This document shows positions 46,560 to 57,082 of a DNA stretch of 64,000 nucleotides, one piece after another; within the stretch, counting starts at the first letter, position 1, and each line of letters begins with the position of its first letter. Source of the stretch: an uncultured Alphaproteobacteria bacterium (GTDB lineage: Bacteria > Pseudomonadota > Alphaproteobacteria > Sphingomonadales > Sphingomonadaceae); NCBI GenBank assembly GCA_963777795.1, contig CAVZRM010000001.1, forward strand, positions 485,460-549,459. The letters are read 5' to 3'. The notes under the pieces are model-generated. The model saw nothing but the letters and a program-made list of their open reading frames with translations, ran no database searches and was not told the origin of the DNA. The translations under genes and the position numbers were made by a program.

Positions 46560-47480
46560 TCAGCTGATCGATGAATTGGGCGACTGCGGCTTGCGCACGG
46601 TGATCCGCTGCATGTCGCGCATGTTGAGGCGCAGATGCACGCGCTCCAGCTTCAGGGCGGTCGACATCCGGTAAAGGGCACGCCGTATCGTCTGGTTCTT
46701 GCTCATCACCCCGATATTCCAGGCCAGTCTTTCCAGGCTCAGCGACCGTCCGACGGATTTGTATTGCACAGGTTCGAACCCGGCCTTTTCGCTCAGCCTG
46801 CGAAGCGAATCGGTGGTGAAGAAATAGATATGGCCATCGCAGCTCAAGCTGCGTTCGCGGCGGCCGAACAGGCGGAACATCAGGCTGTCGAAGCGCGGGG
46901 TCTCGATCACCAGATGCCCGCCCGGCTTGAGCGCACGGTAGATGCCTTGCAGCGTTCCCAGCGGGTCGGGCACATGTTCGATGACGTGCAGAAACACCAC
47001 GACATCGATCGATCCGTCGGGGAGGCCGGCTTCCTCAAGGATGGTCGGCAGTGCTTTCAATCCATGAAAGTCGCCGATGAACTGGCAGAAACCCCGGTCC
47101 GGTTCGATCCCGGTGACGTCCCATCCGTCCTGGTGAAACGCTTCCAGCTGGAATCCCATGCCGCAGCCGATTTCGACCAGCGATCCGCGCTGGGGGTAGA
47201 GGCGGGCGAGCTCGGCGCGGGTGTCGGCATAGTCGCGGACTTGCAGTCGCTCCTTGTCGTAGCGGGTCGGATCGTAATCGGCCGCCGCACTGGTGAGGCC
47301 GGGATCGTAATCCTTGATCGCATCCTGATCGACCAGCCTGATCCGCGGGCTCGAATACATCAGCCCGCATTGCCTGCATTCGACGATCCGGTTGACTTGC
47401 GCGACTCCGGCTTCGAACAGCGTCTGCGGGTTTTCCGCGCCGCAAAGATTGCAGGGAACTTCACCAGGAAAAGCTGACAT
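46560..47480 (-). CDS. Class I SAM-dependent methyltransferase with N-terminal CxxC pairs
   Basis: CNLCG, CRQCG, VEIGCGMG, HVIEHVPDP, HIYFFT. Confidence 0.85.
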   Translation of the reverse strand: MSAFPGEVPCNLCGAENPQTLFEAGVAQVNRIVECRQCGLMYSSPRIRLVDQDAIKDYDPGLTSAAADYDPTRYDKERLQVRDYADTRAELARLYPQRGSLVEIGCGMGFQLEAFHQDGWDVTGIEPDRGFCQFIGDFHGLKALPTILEEAGLPDGSIDVVVFLHVIEHVPDPLGTLQGIYRALKPGGHLVIETPRFDSLMFRLFGRRERSLSCDGHIYFFTTDSLRRLSEKAGFEPVQYKSVGRSLSLERLAWNIGVMSKNQTIRRALYRMSTALKLERVHLRLNMRDMQRITVRKPQSPNSSIS

Positions 47481-47618
47481 CGCCTCAATTCTCCGCTTCG
47501 CAAGCGCGCAGTCTAAACGAAAAGTCCTAAAAGGTTAAGTTGGCGGGCCCGCGACCCGACACGGGAATGCTGCGGCGAGGCCTGCCGGCCATCGTGCAAC
47601 CGGGCGAACCGAGCCTCG

Positions 47619-48985
47619 TCAGGTGACCGTCGAATGTAGCCGCTTGGAAATCTCGCTCGGCTTGGTGCTGGCCAGCAGCGTGTCACGGTCCATGGCGGCA
47701 TTGAGCTTGCGGCGGATGGCCTGGATCATCTGCTGCTGGGCGGGTTTCAGCGGCCGGCTGCCGGTGCACAGCGAGGCGAGAGTGACGCGGGCCGGGGCAT
47801 TGACCAGCCGCTGATCGGCCTTCCAATTGAAGCCGTCGATCCATTTCAGCGCGGTGCCATCGCCAAGATTGCCGCTGGTGCAGCTCAGCAGCTTGTCGAT
47901 GCAGTTCGCGGTCCACGCCGCCAGCGCATCATCGTCCCACGCGCCAAACCAGTCGGCGTGAAAGGTCGCGCCGGACACCTTGTTGGCCATTCCCGTCATG
48001 CGATCGGACGAGAAGTGCCAGGTCTGCAAGTTGGGATTGGCATTGCCTGTGCGGTCGAGCGTGTCGTCGGTGGTGTAGGCCGCCGCCAGGGTAAAGATCG
48101 GCAGCACGTTGGGGTGGCTCGCTGGGCAGCGGACGAGTCCCTGTGCGTCGGCGGCGGGGAAAGCCATGTGGCTGCGGTGATCGGCGCTGTCGAGCTGGGT
48201 TCCATTCCAGCAGGAGGGAGATTCGAGCGCGGCGATGATCTGCGCGCCCGAGGGACAGTTCTTCGCCGCCTCAACCAGGGTCGGGTAGATACCCGGCACT
48301 GCCCCGGTTCCCGAACAATTGAACCAGACATTCGCTGGCTGATCGGGATTGGTCATGCTCCGCCCGAAGACGATGCGCAGGCCGCGCGGGATGGCAATGC
48401 ACTTGCCGTGCTGCAGGCACTGCGCCGAGCCTGCGGGAAAGCGCTTGTAATAGACCGCGAGATGATCCGGCATGACCACCTGGCCGCGCCCGTTCATCAG
48501 CGCCGGGATCCAGTAGGCCGAGCGATTGAGCTTGGACTGGCAGGTGCTCTCGCCGGTGGTGCGCAGCGACTGGTAGGTCGAATAGGCGTCGGCCTTGGTG
48601 TTGCCGAAAAAGGTGTGAAGGTGGGACGCGCCGGGCTGGCCCGGATAGACCACCGGATCGTCGTAGGCGTTGTGGCTCGCCTTGCAGACAAACCGGAACG
48701 CGCCGACATTGTCGGGTGCCATCGATCCCGGGACGGCCATGGGTTCCAGTTCGGCCGAAGTATCGAAATTGGATGGAATCGGATCAAGCTGGACGAGCTG
48801 GCTGCCGGTCGCCGCAGGGCTTTGAGCGGGTTCCGGGCTGGGCGAAGCGCTGGCAACCGCGACGTGGCTGGCGCGCTGGCCGCTCCGCCCGCAGCCAGGG
48901 TCGTCAACCCGCTGCCGGAGCCATCGCCGCAACTCGCGCAAATCAAGATCAGCGGTAGTAGTCGCACCGCTCGCTTATGCACCAT
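47619..48985 (-). CDS. DUF1996-domain lipoprotein, copy 2, frameshift at ~48860-48880
   Basis: Lipobox CAS-C-GDGSG in the 48985 frame; body in the 48941 frame nearly identical to copy 1. Confidence 0.8.
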
Positions 48986-49030
48986 TTTTGCGACCCCTCC
49001 AAGGTCGCGGCCTGCCTATCTGCGAGCTTC

Positions 49031-49046
49031 TTGATTTCAAGTTAAC
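49031..49046. promoter_or_regulatory. CtrA-like box TTGA-N7-TTAAC
   Basis: One mismatch; 45 bp upstream of the DUF1996 copy 2 start. Confidence 0.45.
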
Positions 49047-49172
49047 CACGAACCGTTATCGCGCCGATATGGTCCGACCGTGCCGTGGACGCGCCGGGAC
49101 GACGCGCCGCGATCAAAAATCGAGCGCATTTGGCCGAAATCAGCGAGACTCCGGGAGGTTGCGCGTAACGCG

Positions 49173-50069
49173 CTAAAGCTCGCTCAATTTTCTGTGAACC
49201 GTCGCGGGGATGCGCATCTTGAGATCGGTTCGCTTGGCGCGGACGGCCAGGGTCACCTGATTTTCCTTGAACTGCGGGAACAGCCTGTAAAACACACGCG
49301 AAGCGCGCCGGCGCAAGGAAGACAGCGGCAGTGTCTCGCTCAAGCTGAAGAAATACTGGCGATCGATCCTGAAGCCGAGCGGCTCCAGCATGCGGCGCAC
49401 CTCTTCGGGGGCATATTCGCGCCAGTGGCCGTAGACGATTTCGGATGAATTGGGAGACAGCTGCGTGAAGTGCTCCAGCACGCCGATTCCGCTCGTTTCG
49501 CCGCGCAGCATGCGCTTGCGTTCGGGCAGCGAACGGGGATTGGGCAGCGCGACGTAGAACAGACCGTTGGGGCGCAGCACCCGGTTGATCTCCTTGAGCA
49601 GCGGCAGCGGATTGAAATTGAGATGCTCCAGCACCTCGCACATGATGACGACGTCGAACGCCTCGTCGCCGAACGGGAGCACGAAGTCATCGAGGCGGAC
49701 GCCTTGCGTGGCAATGCCATGGCGGGCGTAGCGCTCGACCTGCTCGGGCTGTTCGATGAACTCGGGCGCATCCGCGGCTGTCACTGTGTAGCCGAGCTTG
49801 GCCAGGGCAATGCAGACCGTCCCGAAAAAGGCACCCAGTTCAAGCACCCGGTTGTCGCCTTCCGGTTTTGGCGGCATGAATTCGAGCAGGTCGCGGGCAG
49901 TTCGCACGTATTCGTGGCGATGCCGGGCGACGTAGCCCGCCGCGCCATTTGCCGAGGTCACGCTGGGCATGCCTTCGCTGGCCCCTTCGACCTTGAGATC
50001 GAAGCTGCCGATGTCCGCGATGGCCGCGTCAACAGCGGCGACAGCCCGATCCTCTGCGGTATTCTGCAT
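49173..50069 (-). CDS. Class I SAM-dependent methyltransferase
   Basis: VLELGAFFG, FDVVIMCEVLEHL, EINRVLRPNG, HWREY. Confidence 0.85.
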   Translation of the reverse strand: MQNTAEDRAVAAVDAAIADIGSFDLKVEGASEGMPSVTSANGAAGYVARHRHEYVRTARDLLEFMPPKPEGDNRVLELGAFFGTVCIALAKLGYTVTAADAPEFIEQPEQVERYARHGIATQGVRLDDFVLPFGDEAFDVVIMCEVLEHLNFNPLPLLKEINRVLRPNGLFYVALPNPRSLPERKRMLRGETSGIGVLEHFTQLSPNSSEIVYGHWREYAPEEVRRMLEPLGFRIDRQYFFSLSETLPLSSLRRRASRVFYRLFPQFKENQVTLAVRAKRTDLKMRIPATVHRKLSEL

Positions 50070-50113
50070 TCCGTCTTGCTCCGGCTATTCTTTGAGAGTT
50101 CGAATGAGCCGAC

Positions 50114-51468
50114 CTAGGCCCACGGGGCGGCGGCTGGACCAGATCCCGGCGATTGGCCTGCTTCGGCTATCAACCGATTCTCGCTGCGCGTCGCGCCACG
50201 CGCGCGCTTGACCACGCTCGTTCCGATCACTGCGCCCATGCCCATCACCACCACTGCCTGCGAGGTGTAGAGCAGCGAGATCCACTCGAAATAGGCGTGG
50301 ACCAGGGCGACGATGGTCGCGGCATAGAGCCCGACATACACCTCTGACCGATCGCCCAATGCAGGACGCCTGATGCGCCGGTAACCTGCTATCAGGTAAG
50401 TTCCAGCCAACAGCAAGAATCCGGCAAGTCCCAACAACCCGCTTTCCGCCCAAATCAGATAATAACTGTTATGGACCGGCTGGCTTCGTATGGAATAGGC
50501 CCAGACCACGCCAGCGCGCTCCGAGTAGCCTTTGCCGACTGCCACCGAAACGAACTGGTTCGGTCCGACGCCAAGCGGATTGTCGGCAATCATCATCTGG
50601 GTCGCGCGTATCATCGCGGCGCGCTGATCGTTGCTCGAAAGCCGCGCTTCCTCGCCCCGGCGGTCGATTGCCCAGAGCATCGCGGGAACCGACGCCGCCA
50701 GGGCGAGCGCGGTGACGACTGCGAAACCCATCTTGTAGGTCGTGCGCCGATGCATCAGCGACAATAGGGTGGTGAGCAACAGGCCGCCGCCAAACAGGCC
50801 GAGCGTGGCGCGCGATGCGCCGGCCAAGGCGACGACTGCACCAGCGATCAGCACAATGGCCGCCAGCGCGCTATGGCGACGCGCCAGCAGCATGGCATAT
50901 GCGGGCATGACGGCCATGTTGGAGAGGAAACCCGAGCAGGTTCTGGTGGCCCATCATTCCCGAGGCCTGAATTGCCCCGCTCAGCGATTGATTCACCGAA
51001 GCAAGCGCTTGAATCAGGATTGCGGCCCCAATCCCAGCACCAAGGCCGACTGCCGTATCGCCATTTGCCGCTGTCGCGCGTGCAACTGCCACAAAGATCA
51101 GTGCGACACGCAGAAGCTGCCAGATGTAAAACAGCGATGCCACCGGATAAATCGCGTTGATCGTCGCGACAAGCTGTGCTGCCAGGTAAACCCCAAAGCT
51201 GATCGCAATCGAGATCGGCGTTCGGACATGCCTGGTCGCCAGGATAATCGCCAGCGCGATCCCATCCAGACAGCGAAATTTCGAACCCCTTCGCCGTTCC
51301 GATCCAGTCAAACCAGGCATAGGGCGCGACATAGAGGTGCAAGTGCAAAAAGAACGCCAGAAATCCCATGGCGAAGCTCGCCTTGGGCAGATGCCGGTTA
51401 TTTTTCAGGACGACCGATAGTGCTACCACCAGGATCGGCATCATGGCCAGAAACAGCCACCTATACAT
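50114..51468 (-). CDS. O-antigen ligase / Wzy-like polymerase, two indels (~51270, ~50929)
   Basis: Multi-TM; GHQNLLG, ASRATLG, PLGVGPNQF, PVHNSYYLIWAESGLLG; assembled from three frames. Confidence 0.8.
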
Positions 51469-52631
51469 GCCGGTGCCCGTCGCTGTAGGCGAGGCTGACC
51501 TGACCTGGTTGCGCTTCGTTCACCGCGGGCACGGCACCACGGGCCTTCGACACGGCCCGATTTTGTCCGCTCGGCTTCACTGGCCGTATGGCCGCCTTTT
51601 GAAAGTAGCGCGTGAGCGGCCGTTCGACGAGGGCATAGAACAGCCATGCCGCAACGATCGAGAAAGCCACGGCAACCAGCGGGAACGTCATGTTCACCGG
51701 CAACTTTGCGAGCATCCAGGCGGTCGCGGCGACCGCAAGCGTGATCTGGTGGGTGATGTAGAGGCTGTAGGACGAATCGCCCAGCTTCTGCAGGAACCAG
51801 CCGCTCATGGCCGGCGCGAACACGGTGCCAGCAACGATCAGCAGGGCAGGCAGGCCCCATGCCAGCGAACGCGGCAGGCCAATCGGCTCGATCGCGTAGG
51901 CCAGTCCGCCCCAGCCGGCCGCGAGCGCGATCCACCACAGCCTGGAGGCTCTGATCCAGCCGCGCGAATAGGCAATGCCAAGCAGCACCCCGCCGACAAA
52001 TTCGAGCAGCAGGTCCTGCGTGTAAAATGCCAGCGCGCCGGAAGGACCCGCCAGAAATCCGATCAAGGCTATGCCGGTCAGCGAGAACACGAGCAGGAGC
52101 GCACGTCGCAGGAGGTTGCTTCCGCACAGCGCCATTGCCGCAGCAAAGATCAGATAGAAGAACATCTCCAGATTCAGCGTCCAGCCGGCCGTGAGAACCG
52201 GTTGGAAATCGCCCTTTATCGGATGCTGCGAAGCGACAAAAAGGAAACTGGAGATAACATGCCACAGATGATCGCCAAGCACGAAGTCAGGCGAGACCGA
52301 AGCCGGTCGGATCGCACCTGGAGCAACGGCCAGCGCCACGACGATCGCCGCTGTCAAAATCCAGTAGGCCGGACCGATGCGTTGCAACCGGTCGCGCAGA
52401 AAATGCACTGCGGTTCGCTCGGGCCGGGCTGCGGTTGTGACCCACATGATGAAGCCGCTGATGACAAAGAAGATATCGACACCGGCCATCAGCACGTCGA
52501 AATGGGCGCGCTCCCAGCCCATCGAACTCCATCCGGATCCCGAGATGGTAAAGCACCACCATCAGCGCGGCGATGCCTCGCAGGCCTTGTATCCCGGCAA
52601 GCTTCCTGCGCGGTGTTTCGCTCGTCATCAC
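51461..52631 (-). CDS. Acyltransferase family 3 (OafA-like O-acyltransferase), indel at ~52526
   Basis: IQGLRGIAALMVVLYH, GVDIFFVISGF, WTLNLEMFFY, LGDSSYSLYITH, VERP. Confidence 0.85.
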
Positions 52632-52698
52632 GCGATATTAGGTGAAAAAAATTGCGAATGTAACAACAAATCCGACACCAGATTGCCGCCGCACAGTG

Positions 52699-53463
52699 TC
52701 AGAAAGTGAAGAATTCGGGCCGCAGGGGCGAACCGTGGCGGGCGAAGACAAGGTCGATCTGGACGAGGTGCGCACCGGGCCGGCTGAAGCCCGCCACTTC
52801 GGTGACCAGCAGGCCGCGCGCCGCCATGAAGGCAACCACCTCGGCGAGCAGCGGCGCGCCCGCGTTGTAAGGCAGCAGGGCCACTTCGAGCTGCACCGCA
52901 GCGCAGCGCGACAAGGTAACCTCGCCGCCCGCCAGGACCATCAGCTCCGCACCCTGGATATCGAGCTTGAGAAAGATCGACTGCGCCGCCGGAAGCGTTT
53001 CCGCGATCAGGGAATCGAGCGTTTGCGTGACCGATCTGGTGACCGTGCGGGCGGCATTGCTGTTTTCGGGCAGCAGCGACGAACCGGTGCCCATTTCGTA
53101 GAACGCGCGCTCCTCGCCGCCGACAGGTCCGAGCAGCACGATCCGATGCTGGGCGCGGCCGATCTCGCTCGCGGCGCGCGCGAGTTCGCCTTCGAGTGCG
53201 GTCTGGGCCTCGACCATCAGGATTTCTGCTGCGGAAAAGATCGGGCGGACCATCCGCGACCAGTCGCCGCGATTGGCACCGATATCGACCACGGCATCGG
53301 GGGCGAGGCCGTTTTCGCTCAGCCGCTCGTAGGTCACGCGCTCGAACCCGCGGGTCACCGTACCGCTGGCGCGTCGCCGGAAAGCGGCCGAACCGTTGGG
53401 CCAGGCCCGCGCAAGCAGGGCGTTCGCCCCGCGTTCGAGCAGACGCCGCACCCTAGTAGGCAT
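52699..53463 (-). CDS. FkbM-family methyltransferase
   Basis: VDIGANRG, FLKLDIQGAELMVLAG. Confidence 0.88.
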   Translation of the reverse strand: MPTRVRRLLERGANALLARAWPNGSAAFRRRASGTVTRGFERVTYERLSENGLAPDAVVDIGANRGDWSRMVRPIFSAAEILMVEAQTALEGELARAASEIGRAQHRIVLLGPVGGEERAFYEMGTGSSLLPENSNAARTVTRSVTQTLDSLIAETLPAAQSIFLKLDIQGAELMVLAGGEVTLSRCAAVQLEVALLPYNAGAPLLAEVVAFMAARGLLVTEVAGFSRPGAHLVQIDLVFARHGSPLRPEFFTF

Positions 53464-54847
53464 TCGGATGGATGATCACGCCGAAGGTCTTGACGAGGAT
53501 CAGGAAATCGCCGCCGATGCTCCAGCTTTGCAGATATTCCAGATCGCAACGCAGGCGTTGCTCGAGGTCTTCGGCCCGTTCGGTCGCGCCGCGAAAGCCG
53601 CGGATCTGGGCAAGGCCGGTGATGCCCGGCTTGAGCGCGTGGCGCATCCAGTAGCGGTCGGTCACTTCCCAGAACAGCGCGGCCCCGGCCAGCGACCCGA
53701 GCGCGTGGGGACGAGGGCCGACGAGGCTCATGTCGCCGCGCAGCACGTTGAGCAGCTGGGGCAGCTCATCGATGCTGGTATGGCGGATGAAGCGGCCGAC
53801 GCGGGTGATCCGATCGTCGTCACGCGATGTCGAGCGATTGCCTGCGGCATCGTTCGTCTCGAGGCGCATCGAGCGAAATTTGAAGATGCTGAACTGACGG
53901 CTGCCCTGGCCGACCCTGACCTGGCGGAACAGGGCGGGGCCCTTGCTTTCGATCCGGATTGCCAAGGCGACTGCCAGCAAGGGAATGGCCAGTACCACCA
54001 GCAGGGGAACCGTAATCGCCAAGTCGAAAGCGCGCTTTTGCATACGGCTGTAGAGACTGAGCGGTCCGCGCGAAAGGATCAGGGTATCCTGCCGCCCGCA
54101 GCCCCCGATCGCCACAGCGCCGAGCAACTGCTCGCGCGAAAAAACGATCTCGCCGCCAACGTCGCTGCCTTTGAGGAACTTGGCCCAGGCGAGCCGGTGG
54201 TCGGCCTGGCACGCCACGACCACGCGGTCATAGCTTTCGATCAACCGTGACAGGCTATCGATCTGCTCGGGCCGCGAGAGATCAGGCCACAGGCCCAGTT
54301 GGCCGATATCCACCACGTCCATGTGCGGATCGGGTACCGCGTCGGCCCCATCGAGCAAGAGCAGTTCGGAGCGCGCGCTGCCGGCCATCGTCGCCTTGAA
54401 GATGCGGTCGAGCACCATGCGTTCGACAACCATCAGCACTGCCGCCGAAGCGAAGGTAACCCCGAAGCCGAGCCTCGACATGTCCTCGATCTTGAACAGG
54501 AAGGTCAGCAGCAGCAGCGCGATTGCCGTGCCGGCCAGCGCGATAAGTGCGCGCTGGATACCGAGCAGGCGGTTTTCCAGTGTCTCGACTGATTGCGCCT
54601 CGCCGGCGATGGCCAGCGCAACGAACAGCGGAATCGCGATTATCGGCAGCGCCTGTCCCCCCGCATCGAGGAAGCGGGCTTCGCGCACCGTCAGCGCGAT
54701 CGCATAGCCGCCGAGCAGCGCCAGGCAATCGAGCAGCAGCGACAGCCCATAGAGCAGCGCCCGTTTGTCGCGAGCGGGCATGCGGTGCGCGCCCTCGCCA
54801 TTGGCAACGGCGCGTGTCGCGCTGAGGCTGCTGCTTTCAAGGTTCAC
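53453..54847 (-). CDS. Priming glycosyltransferase (WcaJ/WbaP-type polyprenyl glycosylphosphotransferase)
   Basis: KRAFDL, FKFRSM, DDRITRVGRFIRHTSIDELPQL, MSLVGPRP, KPGITGLAQ. Confidence 0.93.
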   Translation of the reverse strand: MNLESSSLSATRAVANGEGAHRMPARDKRALLYGLSLLLDCLALLGGYAIALTVREARFLDAGGQALPIIAIPLFVALAIAGEAQSVETLENRLLGIQRALIALAGTAIALLLLTFLFKIEDMSRLGFGVTFASAAVLMVVERMVLDRIFKATMAGSARSELLLLDGADAVPDPHMDVVDIGQLGLWPDLSRPEQIDSLSRLIESYDRVVVACQADHRLAWAKFLKGSDVGGEIVFSREQLLGAVAIGGCGRQDTLILSRGPLSLYSRMQKRAFDLAITVPLLVVLAIPLLAVALAIRIESKGPALFRQVRVGQGSRQFSIFKFRSMRLETNDAAGNRSTSRDDDRITRVGRFIRHTSIDELPQLLNVLRGDMSLVGPRPHALGSLAGAALFWEVTDRYWMRHALKPGITGLAQIRGFRGATERAEDLEQRLRCDLEYLQSWSIGGDFLILVKTFGVIIHPNAY

Positions 54848-55112
54848 GTTGACCCCGGTCCATCCCTGGCAGATCGCGACTGGTTAGCCGCGAGCACATC
54901 ACCTTACTGGCAAGTGGCTGAAACAACCACAGGATTTTTCATTTGCCCAAGTCCAAACATGGAACAGGAGAAAAACATGCGGCAGATCGGTCTTGCTGCA
55001 AGGTGTTGCGATCATGGGATCGTCGCTGCCAGCATCCGCGCGGTGTTCCACAAATCCCGGCGAAACCCGTTCGCGCCCCCTGACATACGACCCTTTACCC
55101 ATGGCCCTCCAT

Positions 55113-56648
55113 TCATGGGCGGTAAGCTACGGCGAGGATCTGCGAGCCGGTGTAGTCGCCGCAATTCGCGGCTCCCCGCCCGGTATCGGCGCGCTGGCCG
55201 GCCCACATCCGCTCGCCGCCGAGCGCGCGCTCGGCATCCTCGGTGCAGCCGGCCCCGGGCGTTGCCGAAGTTCCGCCGCTGCGCACCTGGATCAGCCCGA
55301 CGCCGCTCGCCGGGACGGTCAGGTCGGTGCTGGTCTGCTGCGGATCGAGCAGATAGTCGAACCCGCGCGAGGCTGCCGACGCATAGGTCGCGGCGGCGTC
55401 GGTAGTCCACATGTCGAAGCCGGCAAACCCGATGTTGGTCGCGGCAAAGGTCAGCGTCTTGCCTGCCCCCGGCGCTGTCGGCACCACCTCGAAAGCGAAC
55501 ATCACCTGCGTTCCGCTGATGACCTCGCCCGCCAGCTTGGTCATGGCGTCGCCGCCCAGGGTCAACACCGGCGTGCCGGTGAAGTTGCCCGCCGCGATCA
55601 TCACCACGTGCTTCTCGCCCGCGTAGGTGGTGATCCCGGTGAAGTCGAAGCTGGCGGTGTTGCCCGCGTCGCCCGTCCCGCCGGTGCGATAGTCCGCGAC
55701 CAGCGCCGCGCCCGACGACGAGGTCACCGTCCAGGTATCGCTCACCCCGTTGAAAGCGAGCGTGTGATCGAGCGCCGCCGAGGGCGTGGCCGAAGCGGTC
55801 AGCCGGCTGGTGATAACCTGCCCGTTGGTGACTGTCTTGCCGGTGCCGTAGCTCGCCTCCAGCCCGACTGAGATGTCGCCCGTGCCGGTGACGGTTGCCC
55901 CGGTCGAGGTCCGGAACGGCAGCCCGGCGACGGTGGTGTATTCGTAGTTGACGCTTCCCGGCGCGGCGTTGTTGAGGTCGGCACGCGGGATGGCGGTGCT
56001 CTCGTTCGGCGCGGGCATGCGCGGCCCCAGCGTGACCCGGTAGATGCGCGCCAGCGCCGCCTGGACAGTCACACCGGGATGGATGCCATCGGGCCACAGC
56101 GCCACATTCGCGCCCGCCGCATCGCTCGAATAGACCGGGTGGTCGCCCATCGGGATCACCACGTCGATCAGCCCGCCGCCAAGCGCGCCCCAGATCGAAG
56201 CGTTCATCGCCGGGCGGCGCGGATTGTGGTTCACCGCGTCGTTGCGCGGCACCACGGTGGCAACCGCCAGCACGACATCGGGCAGCGCGGCCCGCAGCGC
56301 CGTGAGGTAATCGGTCAGCTTGCCGAAAGTCACTGCGCCCGAGGTGTCATAGCCGAGGTCGTTCGAACCGATCATTACCGAAACCAGATCGGGCGCGCGG
56401 CTGATGGTGGTGGCGATCCGGCCCCACAGGCTGTTGGCCCCCGGCGCATCGGCGCTGGTGCCGATCGTCGAGCTGCTCACCCCCTGATTATACACGGTAA
56501 CGCCGGGGTAGGCTGCGACAAACTCGGTAATCATGTTGTAGGCGGCAGTGATGCTGTCGCCCTCGGCAACGATGGTGTTGATCACGGGGGGCGGGGCGGC
56601 GGGCGCGCCCAGGCGGCGCAGGATGCGCCGGCGGTGTGTCGCGTCCAT
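55113..56648 (-). CDS. Signal-less SGNH esterase plus beta-rich C-terminal domains; candidate head fibre/spike
   Basis: EGDSIT, G, IGSND, DGIHP catalytic blocks; Thr/Gly-rich beta repeats; ATG abuts the stop of the spike-base gene (TGAATG). Confidence 0.6.
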   Translation of the reverse strand: MDATHRRRILRRLGAPAAPPPVINTIVAEGDSITAAYNMITEFVAAYPGVTVYNQGVSSSTIGTSADAPGANSLWGRIATTISRAPDLVSVMIGSNDLGYDTSGAVTFGKLTDYLTALRAALPDVVLAVATVVPRNDAVNHNPRRPAMNASIWGALGGGLIDVVIPMGDHPVYSSDAAGANVALWPDGIHPGVTVQAALARIYRVTLGPRMPAPNESTAIPRADLNNAAPGSVNYEYTTVAGLPFRTSTGATVTGTGDISVGLEASYGTGKTVTNGQVITSRLTASATPSAALDHTLAFNGVSDTWTVTSSSGAALVADYRTGGTGDAGNTASFDFTGITTYAGEKHVVMIAAGNFTGTPVLTLGGDAMTKLAGEVISGTQVMFAFEVVPTAPGAGKTLTFAATNIGFAGFDMWTTDAAATYASAASRGFDYLLDPQQTSTDLTVPASGVGLIQVRSGGTSATPGAGCTEDAERALGGERMWAGQRADTGRGAANCGDYTGSQILAVAYRP

Positions 56649-56918
56649 TCAGGCCTCGCCGACCAGGTCTGCTGCGGTCGTCCCGCTGGCGCGGACGTGC
56701 GAGGCGCGGATCGTCAGATAGCTTCCTGCCGCAACATTGCGATAGACGACATCGGCTGGCGAGCGCAGCGGACGCAAAGTGACGTGGCCGGCGGTTCCGA
56801 CGTAGATCGCCTTGGTCACCTGGGCCAGTTCGGCGGCATCGGAAGGGACGATGGCGAAGGCCGCCGCCGCCGGCGCATTGGGCGAATCGCTGTGCAAGGA
56901 AAAGGGATCGGTCGGCAT
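56649..56918 (-). CDS. Spike base protein, Rcc01079/GhsA family (GTA head-spike base)
   Basis: MPTDPF...SPNAPAAAAFAIVPSD...TKAIYVGTAGHV...NVAAGSYLTIRASHVRASGTTAADLV matches the family pattern as recalled. Confidence 0.8.
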   Translation of the reverse strand: MPTDPFSLHSDSPNAPAAAAFAIVPSDAAELAQVTKAIYVGTAGHVTLRPLRSPADVVYRNVAAGSYLTIRASHVRASGTTAADLVGEA

Positions 56919-57082
56919 CGGGTTCTCCATCGTTCAGAACAGAAGAAGAACATCGTAAGCCACGAGCCATCGTGTAGGAAAATGGAAAATGCGCGGCGGA
57001 GTCCTGCGGAGGCTGCCTCCACGCAAGAACTGGTCGATTTCGATCATCCCGCCGCAGCAGGGCGGGGAACGCAGCCCGGCGG

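Noticed and set aside
4774-52631. Calling the frameshifted genes pseudogenes
   Set aside because: Indel pattern (mostly +1, several in homopolymers, no nonsense codons) fits sequencing error better; kept as CDS pending read check
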